Made by a program: the position numbers and the translations under genes. From Fontibacillus panacisegetis (GTDB lineage: Bacteria > Bacillota > Bacilli > Paenibacillales > Paenibacillaceae): a DNA stretch of 40,000 nucleotides. The notes under the pieces were generated by a model. It had not been told where the DNA came from. It made no database searches and saw only the letters and a list, made by a program, of their open reading frames with translations. The DNA lies in contig NZ_FNBG01000003.1 in assembly GCF_900102215.1 (NCBI RefSeq), positions 206,397 to 246,396 on the forward strand, in the 5' to 3' direction. Position 1 is the stretch's first letter; each line of letters starts with the position of its first letter. Shown here in pieces: positions 1-8,362 of the stretch.

Positions 1-373
1 TTTTTATGCTTATTTCATTCATTTGCGCTATGCCTCCATTCTTTATTAAAAAGATATTTGTATGGAGACGTTCAAGCCTGTTGTATTCATTGGACAAGGT
101 GGTTTCAAGAAGCACGGCTTTGTTTTCAAGCATTTCAATTAACATTGGCACCGAAATGCCCTTATTCAAAACATCGGCGATTTCTTCTAATGAAAAACCA
201 GCGTCCTTTAATGCCAATATTTTGTTGACAGTTACCAGTTGTGAAGCATCGTAGTAACGATAGCTGGTGAATTTATCAACTGTCTTTGGCACAAGAATTT
301 TAAGTTTTTCATAATGATATAGCGTGTCTGCCGATAAGCCACATAGCTTTGAAAACTCACCAATTCTGAACAA
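1..373 (-). CDS. MerR-family transcriptional regulator (3' partial, runs off the left edge)
   Basis: Absent from the ORF track because there is no stop inside the window. Minus-strand reading from TTG 373-371 (GGGAGA 8 nt upstream) gives MFRIGEFSKLCGLSADTLYHYEKLKILVPKTVDKFTSYRYYDASQLVTVNKILALKDAGFSLEEIADVL..., the canonical MerR N-terminal HTH. The frame stays open to position 1. TTG 388 is an alternative start. Confidence 0.8.
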   Translation of the reverse strand, partial: MFRIGEFSKLCGLSADTLYHYEKLKILVPKTVDKFTSYRYYDASQLVTVNKILALKDAGFSLEEIADVLNKGISVPMLIEMLENKAVLLETTLSNEYNRLERLHTNIFLIKNGGIAQMNEISIK

Positions 374-425
374 AATATCATCTCCCAACAGACTTTACAG
401 GTGTGCACCCCTGTCGTCTGTTAAT

Positions 426-456
426 AGACTACGCCTTTGGGTAACCCAAGAGTCAA
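426..456 (-). promoter_or_regulatory. MerR-type promoter with 19-nt spacer and operator dyad
   Basis: On the minus strand: -35 TTGACT (456-451), a 19-nt spacer containing the perfect dyad TTGGGT-T-ACCCAA (449-437), and -10 TAGTCT (431-426). It lies about 40-50 nt upstream of the MerR start. An over-long 19-bp spacer with a central dyad is the hallmark of MerR-controlled promoters. Confidence 0.6.
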
Positions 457-539
457 TAAGTATTTTTAAAATTTTCATTAGCGGACAAATTTTTTCGTAT
501 ACGTTTCGTAACCAACTCATGAGTTCGCCCTAAGCCCGC

Positions 540-1393
540 GGCAGCGCCCACGGCACTTTGCCCGCGCAGCGGGAAAGTGTCATAGTGGGTTACATACTTT
601 GAAAAAGTATGTAAGTTGCCGTCCCGACCTCAATGCGCCTTTAACGATAGCATAGCATAGCATAAAAACGCGGCCACTTCCACAAAAATAATACAAGCCT
701 CTCTGCGGGTAAGCCCAACCGCCGAGGGGCTTTTTATGGTTTAAGTTCGCTGACGAGTACCACAGAGTAGCGGAGTACATTGAAGTCAATACCCCTGCGG
801 CGGCAATCTGACCGCCGCAATACCAAAGGCAGTTTGTTTTCCTAATATATAAGGCCCATAGTATCCCTCCGCCCAAAATTTTCGATTGCCATACTTATAC
901 TTCAAATTCGCATGCTTCTCGAATATCATCAGTGCGCTTTTTCCCTTCAGATATCCCATAAATGAGGATACTGAGATTTTTGGAGGAATTGCTACTAACA
1001 TATGTACATGATCTGGCATCATGTGACCTTCTAATATCTCCACTCCCTTGTATTTACATAAACGTTTGACGATTTCGATCAAGTCTTTCCTCACTTGATT
1101 ATAGATCTCTTTCCGTCTATACTTCGGGGTGAATACAATGTGGTATTTGCACATCCACTTGGTGTGCGCTAAACTGTAGTTCTTGTTTGCCATCTAAGAC
1201 CATTCCTTTCAACCCCGCCTGAACATCTCAATTCTATCGGCTTGGTCTTAGTGGTCAAACCCTTGATCCCTCCACCCGCATCAGGTGGTTTTTTGTTTCG
1301 CACGCTTCGCGAGCTCAACTGGCTTAAGCCATAATAAGAGGAAGCTAGTCGCTTCCCCTCTAAGTTATCAGAAGAGTTAAAGTGCTTTTCCAT
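540..1393 (-). mobile_element. IS200/IS605-family element remnant (boundaries approximate)
   Basis: Contains the tnpA ORF flanked by structured non-coding DNA. There is a perfect 11-bp hairpin TTACATACTTT-N3-AAAGTATGTAA (588-612). GC-rich hairpins occur at CCCGC-GCA-GCGGG (about 562-576) and TGCGGCGG-N8-CCGCCGCA (about 796-819). An (ATAGC)x3 microrepeat lies at 647-661. Exact ends were not determined. Confidence 0.45.
786..1193 (-). CDS. tnpA: IS200/IS605 Y1 (HUH) transposase TnpA, aberrant C-terminus (probably inactive)
   Basis: MANKNYSLAHTKWMCKYHIVFTPKYRRK...PDHVHMLVAIPPKISVSSFMGYLKGKSA...NRKFWAEGYY shows the HUH motif (HVHML) and the conserved IS200 core. Similarity ends after GYYGPYILGKQTA. 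The usual C-terminal helix carrying the catalytic Tyr (YI..Q) is replaced by FGIAAVRLPPQGY*, which is encoded by a GC-rich hairpin. Confidence 0.85.
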   Translation of the reverse strand: MANKNYSLAHTKWMCKYHIVFTPKYRRKEIYNQVRKDLIEIVKRLCKYKGVEILEGHMMPDHVHMLVAIPPKISVSSFMGYLKGKSALMIFEKHANLKYKYGNRKFWAEGYYGPYILGKQTAFGIAAVRLPPQGY

Positions 1394-1394
1394 G

Positions 1395-2030
1395 TTATTG
1401 CTTAAGCTTCTCCATTACAGCATCAACCCATTCCTGATCGTCCCATAATTTAGGGTTATCAAGCTTTCTTTCACTCGGATGACCTGTTGCTATCGTATCT
1501 ACACCATCTTTGTTGCCAAAATACAAATCTACTATTTTTAATGACTTGTTGACAGACTGAACCAACAGCTTGCAGCTCATCCCGGACCCCTCTTTGGTAA
1601 AAGTTATATGCAAATAGTAAAGATTATCATCAAGCTTGTTGATCTCAACTTCCTTAAACTTATTCTCCATGCCGAAAATAACCCCAATGCCGCCCTTCAA
1701 TTCCTGTTGTTGTTCTAATGCCAACATTTTATTGGTGAACGTAAGTAAATTTTCGTTCGCTATGTAATTTTCAAATGATACCGTTTGCTGCTCTGCAACC
1801 GCCCCGGTATACAGATTGACGAAAGATTGTCCGAAGTCCTCCATGGAAGCGTAATCACTTTTACCAATCTGATCCCCTTGGATTGAAAATTGTAAATTAG
1901 ACAGACCAATTAATAATTCTTCTGCTGATGTTGCTGGAGTCAGAATATAATCTTCTGTATTAGTAGATTGTGAGCAGCCCGCTAGAGCCAAAAATACCAA
2001 AATTATAATACCTAATGTAGATTTCTTCAT
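1395..2030 (-). CDS. Putative lipoprotein, function unknown
   Basis: ATG at 2030 is preceded by GGGAGG. The N-terminus MKKSTLGIIILVFLALAGCSQ is a signal peptide with lipobox L-A-G-C. The track start at 2042 (GTG) overlaps the RBS. Confidence 0.75.
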   Translation of the reverse strand: MKKSTLGIIILVFLALAGCSQSTNTEDYILTPATSAEELLIGLSNLQFSIQGDQIGKSDYASMEDFGQSFVNLYTGAVAEQQTVSFENYIANENLLTFTNKMLALEQQQELKGGIGVIFGMENKFKEVEINKLDDNLYYLHITFTKEGSGMSCKLLVQSVNKSLKIVDLYFGNKDGVDTIATGHPSERKLDNPKLWDDQEWVDAVMEKLKQ

Positions 2031-2080
2031 AGTACCTCCCACACAAACTTATTGACTGTCCCATCCAATAATTAATTAAC

Positions 2081-3007
2081 TCACTCTAAAAATCTCTTAC
2101 TTCTTTTTATTAAACATTCCGAATTCTTGAATCTCCACAATTCGATCTTCTTTCGTTGGGTTTCGTCAACCACTATCAAGTCGAAGTTCTGACTCGCTAT
2201 TGCAGTATCTATATCCTTTGCAGCGAATATATTCCATCCATTTTTTCTACTCAGTATCTCATGTCCTTCTGATAACATTCCACAATGAAAAATGGCAACA
2301 TTCCATCCATTTTCTATGTAATATTTAGCAATGTCATAAGCCAAGAGTGATTTGCCCGTACCTGGTTTCCCTTCAATCGCAACAAACGGTAATTTATTTT
2401 GATTAATAATCTTGATGATTTCATCCCTAACGGTTAGTTGGTTACCGTTGAGAAAGTAATTTCCACCAATAAATTTCGCCGTCGAGTTAAGTGGGGAAAC
2501 AAGATATTCACTTGGCTTGAATAGTGCATCTATCTCAGTTATGACTTTTGGCTTTTGAGTTTTGATGACATTAACCAAGTCGTCTATAGTAGACTTTATG
2601 AGATTTTCAGAATCATCTAATCTATAAAACTCATTCGTCTTTGCAATATATGAGAATGATTTCACTTCATAACCTAATGCGCGTAAGTAGTATTTGTTTT
2701 GAGATAGTTGCTTTTGAACCCGATTTGGTTGGCTGTTGTTTTTCACTTCAATGTTAAGCGTGAAGTTAGTCCCAAACCGCAAGAGATCAAACTCTTTGGA
2801 AATCTGGGGGATGGTGTAGCCCATATAGAATTCGCTCATTTGAACAGTTCGAATATCACAATCAAGAATTTCCAAAATCATGTCTTGAACATCAATGCAT
2901 TCTTGTTTCTTAACCGTAATTCCAAAATAGTTAAGGTATCTGTTAAATTGATCTTCTTTTAATGACTTGTATGCGTCAGCATATGAGCTTAGGCTTATGG
3001 CTTTCAT
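2081..3007 (-). CDS. DUF2075/Schlafen-group-3-like protein (PD-(D/E)xK-like N-domain plus P-loop), C-terminally truncated
   Basis: The N-domain pattern YTIPQISKEFDLLRFGTNFTLNIEVK (D...E-x-K) is typical of DUF2075 proteins. Walker A is EGKPGTGKS and Walker B is LIVVDETQR. The ORF ends about 25 aa after Walker B, whereas family members continue for several hundred residues. Confidence 0.6.
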   Translation of the reverse strand: MKAISLSSYADAYKSLKEDQFNRYLNYFGITVKKQECIDVQDMILEILDCDIRTVQMSEFYMGYTIPQISKEFDLLRFGTNFTLNIEVKNNSQPNRVQKQLSQNKYYLRALGYEVKSFSYIAKTNEFYRLDDSENLIKSTIDDLVNVIKTQKPKVITEIDALFKPSEYLVSPLNSTAKFIGGNYFLNGNQLTVRDEIIKIINQNKLPFVAIEGKPGTGKSLLAYDIAKYYIENGWNVAIFHCGMLSEGHEILSRKNGWNIFAAKDIDTAIASQNFDLIVVDETQRKKIELWRFKNSECLIKRSKRFLE

Positions 3008-3480
3008 AGTTACCTTTCCTTCTTCTTAATATTTTGAGAGGGATTCATTTTAGTTCCTTTTAAAACTCTTTTAATATATATTATACAAATTTTTGATGTT
3101 ACAAGATACGTAAATCACTGACTGAAAAAAAGTTATTATAAACTTTCTTTGCCCCAAAATTACTTACAATTTAATTATAATTATGATACATATATTTCAT
3201 AAACAACATATCAATTCATGTATTAGTTGCCACGGCTCTTCGTACAAATCCAAATTTTTTTAGATCAATATATAACAGAAAGGAAGACCAGATTGTCCGG
3301 TCTTCTCTCTCTTTATAGAACTAACATGAACGTTGAATACAATAGAAATACTTATCTATCAAGTACTAATCCACGACTACCTTTATTTAGTTGACATAGA
3401 AAAACAGAATCTTTATCATAACTCTTTTCAGCCTGTAATCAGAAAATAAGTATTATTTGTGACAATTTATAGGTCGCTAT

Positions 3481-3735
3481 TTATATCTTGAAATGTTTTC
3501 TCGCTTTATTGATTATTGAGTCAATTTCAACAGCTAAAACACTTCCATCTAGCGTATTCAGATGCCATAAAAAGGCGGAAAATCTCCGTGTTCCATCCTT
3601 ATAAACTCCATACTTCGGTCTGCTCTTGAAGGCATTTTCAATAGGTTCAAACAACAACTGATCATCAATCTGAAAATCCTTCAGTCTTTGATTAACCTGT
3701 GCTATTATTTCTTTGTTTCGTTTTAATTTTCCCAT
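3481..3735 (-). CDS. Hypothetical protein (84 aa)
   Basis: AT-rich ORF with GAGGAAG upstream of the ATG. No recognisable motif. Confidence 0.45.
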   Translation of the reverse strand: MGKLKRNKEIIAQVNQRLKDFQIDDQLLFEPIENAFKSRPKYGVYKDGTRRFSAFLWHLNTLDGSVLAVEIDSIINKARKHFKI

Positions 3736-3825
3736 TATTACTTCCTCGCTCTCGTTTTTATAGTTTGATTAGCAGGCGTAGTATTAAAATATCATTTGAG
3801 AGACTAATCGTATGTAAGTAACACG

Positions 3826-3860
3826 TATAAAAAAAGAACTCTCATTTTTCTTCTGAGAGT
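3826..3860 (-). terminator. Rho-independent terminator after the 586-aa gene
   Basis: Minus strand: ACTCTCA-GAAGAAAAA-TGAGAGT followed by TCTTTTTTTATA, 12 nt after the stop at 3873. Confidence 0.7.
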
Positions 3861-3872
3861 CCCTCCAAAACT

Positions 3873-5633
3873 TCAACCAAGCATGAACTTTCCAAGACCT
3901 ATCTCTATTTTTTCCTGTGACTCTTCACCACTGATCATTTCCATAAAATTCAATCCCTCTAGTACCTTGTCTTTTCGATTAACAATAAAATTAAAAAGAA
4001 ATCTTTTTTCATGAGTATTACTTAATTGTATTTCGAATGTGTAAAACATTTCTCTTGCAACAATAAAACTGTAATCATTGACGGCTTGTTCAGACTCAAA
4101 ATCGCGAATCATATCGCTAATATCATCAACTACTTCTTCCATAGTCTTCTCATAAAGTAAAAATTCTCGGAACATATTTAAAACATTAATTCCTCTATCA
4201 CAAATAATAAATCTATACTCACTACAATTTTTATTGATGAGTTCTCCAAATTTTGCACCTATGTCCATAGCCACATCTCTACTTATTAAACTTCTAGATA
4301 CAAAATAAGTAATCATTTCATTAGCAACTTGGAGATCCTCCATATTTTGATAGATAAACAGCTTTTTCTTTATTTCAAAAATTACATTCTCAACTGATCG
4401 TTTTGCTCTGATAAGTTCATGAACACCTAAATTAGATGCATATCTGTTTTCTAATTTATTAATCCAGGCTTGTTTAATTACCGCTTCTACTTCCTCTCCA
4501 TTTTTTAATGCAGATATCATTGATTTTGCTGTATACTTATTGCCGTAAAAATCATTCACAAATATTTCTTTGTTTGCATTAACAGATATCAATTCTTGTA
4601 TTGCAGTGGTAAAAATAGAAAAATTGTATCCCTCTGAAAAATCAATTTTCTTGACATTTTCAAACCACCCTAGTAGGGTCTCAACGTATTTAAATGCAAA
4701 TTTTAGATTTTTCACATCAACCGCATCTAATAACGTTTTTCCTGTCATCATTTTTTTTATTATGTCAATATCGCTATCTTCAATAGGTCCCTTAATACAA
4801 ATCTTTTTAAGTATTTCGGGTATTTTTTCACTTGTTACTACAAACTTTTCTTCATATTTTTTAAAAATCTCACTGTACTGTTTTGTTGGTGGATCATCCA
4901 AAGATATTTTATAATTAATATTTACACGATCTGCATCATTACAGAGTACTTCATGAGACAAAAGTATATTATAAAATATTTCAAAAGCGGACTCTTTGTA
5001 AGGAAGTTTTAGACTTTTATTTGGGAGCCTACTTAACACTCTGGTTTCTAGAAAGACTCTTATTCTCTCTAATTCCTTCAATGCAGTAGCGGGATCACAC
5101 AATGCCCTATCAGTCATAACATAATCAAATAACTTTGTGACTATTTGATCCCAGTATGAATTTAAGTGCTCAAAATAGACTTGTTTTGATTTTTGGATAT
5201 CCTCTGCAAGTTCTATTGCAATATTTTTTTTCATCATTGTAGTAATACTACCATAAGCACTTTTAGACGTTATATCTGTTTTTATATTATCTAATCTAGG
5301 TTTATTTAATATATCTATTATCCTAACCCTGGTTTTATTGTATAATTTACTCTTCGATTTACTGATTCCTCTCTTCTCTATATTATATAAGTATTTCAAA
5401 AATTTCAGACGACTATATTTATCCGTAAATTCTTCAATATGAAAATACAACAATTTTTCTAATTTATTAATGATTCCACTTTGATCAGAATTCTTAAACT
5501 TATTTCTTATTGCTTCTACAGAATTTGATTCCATGTTTTCAGTTTCATTCTCATCTGCTATTTCTTGACACAGTTCGTTCATCGTTAGCAAACATTTTGT
5601 TTTTTCGTTTTGCCCCAAATTATATTTTGGCAT
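3873..5633 (-). CDS. Hypothetical protein, 586 aa, very AT-rich, predicted all-helical
   Basis: Start reassigned to ATG 5633 (MPKYNLGQNE...), which is preceded by GGTGGAAGG. The track start at 5729 lacks an RBS. The protein is Lys/Glu/Ile/Asn-rich with no catalytic motif I can recognise. The gene is monocistronic with its own terminator. Confidence 0.7.
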   Translation of the reverse strand: MPKYNLGQNEKTKCLLTMNELCQEIADENETENMESNSVEAIRNKFKNSDQSGIINKLEKLLYFHIEEFTDKYSRLKFLKYLYNIEKRGISKSKSKLYNKTRVRIIDILNKPRLDNIKTDITSKSAYGSITTMMKKNIAIELAEDIQKSKQVYFEHLNSYWDQIVTKLFDYVMTDRALCDPATALKELERIRVFLETRVLSRLPNKSLKLPYKESAFEIFYNILLSHEVLCNDADRVNINYKISLDDPPTKQYSEIFKKYEEKFVVTSEKIPEILKKICIKGPIEDSDIDIIKKMMTGKTLLDAVDVKNLKFAFKYVETLLGWFENVKKIDFSEGYNFSIFTTAIQELISVNANKEIFVNDFYGNKYTAKSMISALKNGEEVEAVIKQAWINKLENRYASNLGVHELIRAKRSVENVIFEIKKKLFIYQNMEDLQVANEMITYFVSRSLISRDVAMDIGAKFGELINKNCSEYRFIICDRGINVLNMFREFLLYEKTMEEVVDDISDMIRDFESEQAVNDYSFIVAREMFYTFEIQLSNTHEKRFLFNFIVNRKDKVLEGLNFMEMISGEESQEKIEIGLGKFMLG

Positions 5634-6069
5634 AACCTTCCACCATTCTTTCAAGTTAATTTTATGCTCCTTTTGAAGATGTAACCCTTTAAAACAAAAA
5701 AGTGATATAAAGTAAAAAATGACCACCACAGTTATATCTTGTAGTAGCCATCATAGAATAAAATATTTAAATCCTGCAGAACAACTCAACAGATTGTTCA
5801 GCCTTTTGTTGACTTCGATAATACCCGGACAAACGATCAAAAGGAATATAGTTACCGTTTGAATAGGTTGTAATTGCCGCACGGCCAATATAAAAACCAG
5901 CATTTGAACGCATCACTTAATACTCAGTAATTTCTAGGACCTCTTTGTACTCGATTCCATCAATTCTCATCTTCATACATCCTATTGATTCAATTTTGTA
6001 CAAACTTCAGAAAATACTGCCATTATTTTCGTAAAACTAAAAGCTTGGAATTCATTCATTCTCTTTACT

Positions 6070-8361
6070 CTATTTAATTTTAGGCATTAAAGCTTTAGTT
6101 TCTCCTAATGCTGTAAGTCCACTATAAGCGGATAATACTTCATCTTTCCAAGACCATCTATTTGAACCAATTTTATTCTGCTTCAAATAGTCTCCACCAC
6201 TAATCAAGCACACTACATGTTGGGCACGAGTAACAGCTACATAAAAAATACGGGCTTCTTCCTCCAAATGATTTTGATTATATTTTCCAATCCATTCCTG
6301 ATAACGAGATGACATTCCCTTTTCTCCTTGAAGGCATACATCCAATCCCCAATTATCTTCATCAATGTCAAAAAACTCGGGCATCTGTTTATCATTTAAC
6401 AAAGGTCTCTCGATATTTGGAATAATAACTATAGGATATTCTAAGCCTTTTGCCGAATGAACCGTTGAAAATCTTACTGCATTTTTCACTTGTTGGTTTT
6501 CTTCGTCCACCTCAGCATCATCCATTGCTAACTCTGTCAAGAATGCATTTTGGAACCGTTCTAAGAACTGCTGCATCGTCAAGGCTTCAGCATTCATCTG
6601 TTCTCTTGACCACATCACGAGTTTCTCAAGATTTGCCACGGCTTGAGCATTCCCTCTTGATTTATAATATTCTCTAATTTTTGTAAATTCATATAAACGA
6701 ATCAACAATTGCGGAACAAGTTCAATCTTAATACGTTTTCTGAATTCCTTTATTCCTTTATACCAATCCAAACATTCAGGGGTTCCCTCAAACCAATCGC
6801 ATAAAGGAGTTACTGAGTCAGTTTGGCGATAAATATGAACCGGAGCTTTAAACGGTAAAAATGGTGTCTCTAATGCAAGGTCTAAAGAAACATCATCACG
6901 ATACTTCATCATTGCTTGCAGCATATAATAGCAATTTATTATCTCATTTCTTTGGAAAAAACCTCCGCTAACATCTGTTACAACTGGAATATCTGACTTA
7001 AGTTCTTTGAATTGCTGCTCATAATTAAGCATCTGATCATTCGAACGAAAAAGAACGCAAATGTCTTTGTATTGTACATTACAAAGACCCTTTCCATGCA
7101 TATCTATCTCTTGACTTTGAAACATTTTTATTCGCTTTATTAATTCCTCCACCAATTCATTTTTATTACGACTGTAAACATGATAATACTGAAATGGAAC
7201 CATACTATCCTGTGGTACATGTGCTTCATTTGGGGTAACTAGTACATCTTTCATCACACTATATCGTTCCCCCATACTGTCAAATAGCGCTGATTGAGCC
7301 TCGTTTAACGGCTTTGTTGGGCGACGCGAAGCATTTAATGACAACATAGTCACACCATTTTCCTCAGCCATCTGTTTGATAATTGAATCATCTGCGCCGC
7401 GGAACCCATAAATAGCCTGTTTACGATCTCCTACAACTAAGACATGTCTTAGTTCTTGAATTAATTGATCAATTATTGTTTTTTGTAAGCGATCTGTGTC
7501 TTGAAATTCATCCACAAAGAGGTATTGGAATCTGCGCCCTAAAAGGGGGGCAATAGTACTTCCATTTTGCTGCATCATAGTTGCAGTCTTGTGAAGTAAA
7601 TCATTGGAATCAACCCCGCCTAAAGACTCTTTAATACTCTTATATCTCTTGTCTAAATTATTCAAAAAGGCAGCAACCGCCACACGATATTCTTTCCCAT
7701 CATCATTTGGTTGATTTACTGTTTCATTGTAGAGATCTTCAATTTTCCTACCATTTCCACGTACCCGTTCATACCATTCTTCTAATTTTGAACGCATTTC
7801 ATGTATAGCCCAAGGTATTTTATTAGATTGAAACAAGATTGACATCTCTGCATTTTCTAAAGCATAGTTCATTGTATCATCTAAAGCTCCAAGAAAGTGT
7901 CTGCGGGCAATCAAAACCTCTGTTTCGTGCGGTACGTATTCCTGGTAACCAAATGTTTTAAGCATCATGGAACAGAAACCATGAATAGTTCCAATAAAAG
8001 TAGATGACAATCTTTCTTTCTGTGCGAACCAAAATTTACGCTCTTGTTCGTTATCCTCTAGTTCAGACTTCCTTAACAGATTTTCAACACCTTCTTCAAG
8101 GCGTTGGCGCATCTCATCAGTGGCTTTATTAGTAAACGTGATGAGGGCGAAATCATCTATAGAAGTTTCACTTCGAAAAGTATCTACCAGATGTAATACA
8201 GTAGCTACCATCACCCGCGTTTTACCGGAACCCGCTCCGGCAGAAACAACTGTTATCTTATCAGAACCAATTACTCGATCAACTATAAGTAGTTGCTCTT
8301 CTGAAAGTTCGATTCCTCCACGTTTATTGTTTTCAACTGTAATAGAAATTCCTCCACTCAT
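6070..8361 (-). CDS. UvrD/PcrA/AddA-like SF1 helicase (763 aa, no C-terminal nuclease domain)
   Basis: Start ATG 8361 (MSGGISITV...) follows GGAGGAGGGG. SF1 motifs seen: SAGAGSGKT (I), FTNKATDEMRQRL (Ia), LFVDEFQDTD (II), VVGDRKQAIYGFRGAD (III), LNASRRPTKPL (IV), TVHSAKGLEYPIVII and YVAVTRAQ (VI). Its start lies 1 nt from the stop of the upstream gene. Confidence 0.9.
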   Translation of the reverse strand: MSGGISITVENNKRGGIELSEEQLLIVDRVIGSDKITVVSAGAGSGKTRVMVATVLHLVDTFRSETSIDDFALITFTNKATDEMRQRLEEGVENLLRKSELEDNEQERKFWFAQKERLSSTFIGTIHGFCSMMLKTFGYQEYVPHETEVLIARRHFLGALDDTMNYALENAEMSILFQSNKIPWAIHEMRSKLEEWYERVRGNGRKIEDLYNETVNQPNDDGKEYRVAVAAFLNNLDKRYKSIKESLGGVDSNDLLHKTATMMQQNGSTIAPLLGRRFQYLFVDEFQDTDRLQKTIIDQLIQELRHVLVVGDRKQAIYGFRGADDSIIKQMAEENGVTMLSLNASRRPTKPLNEAQSALFDSMGERYSVMKDVLVTPNEAHVPQDSMVPFQYYHVYSRNKNELVEELIKRIKMFQSQEIDMHGKGLCNVQYKDICVLFRSNDQMLNYEQQFKELKSDIPVVTDVSGGFFQRNEIINCYYMLQAMMKYRDDVSLDLALETPFLPFKAPVHIYRQTDSVTPLCDWFEGTPECLDWYKGIKEFRKRIKIELVPQLLIRLYEFTKIREYYKSRGNAQAVANLEKLVMWSREQMNAEALTMQQFLERFQNAFLTELAMDDAEVDEENQQVKNAVRFSTVHSAKGLEYPIVIIPNIERPLLNDKQMPEFFDIDEDNWGLDVCLQGEKGMSSRYQEWIGKYNQNHLEEEARIFYVAVTRAQHVVCLISGGDYLKQNKIGSNRWSWKDEVLSAYSGLTALGETKALMPKIK

Positions 8362-8362
8362 C

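Noticed and set aside
6-533. Track ORFs 6..254 (+) and 324..533 (+)
   Set aside because: They are antisense to the clearly recognisable MerR coding sequence and its promoter. Their composition is low-complexity and Ser/Ile-rich, typical of shadow ORFs.
580-1393. Track ORFs 580..876 (-) and 1169..1393 (-)
   Set aside because: They lie in the structured ends of the IS200 remnant and overlap tnpA. They have no RBS and implausible composition, and are most likely non-coding.
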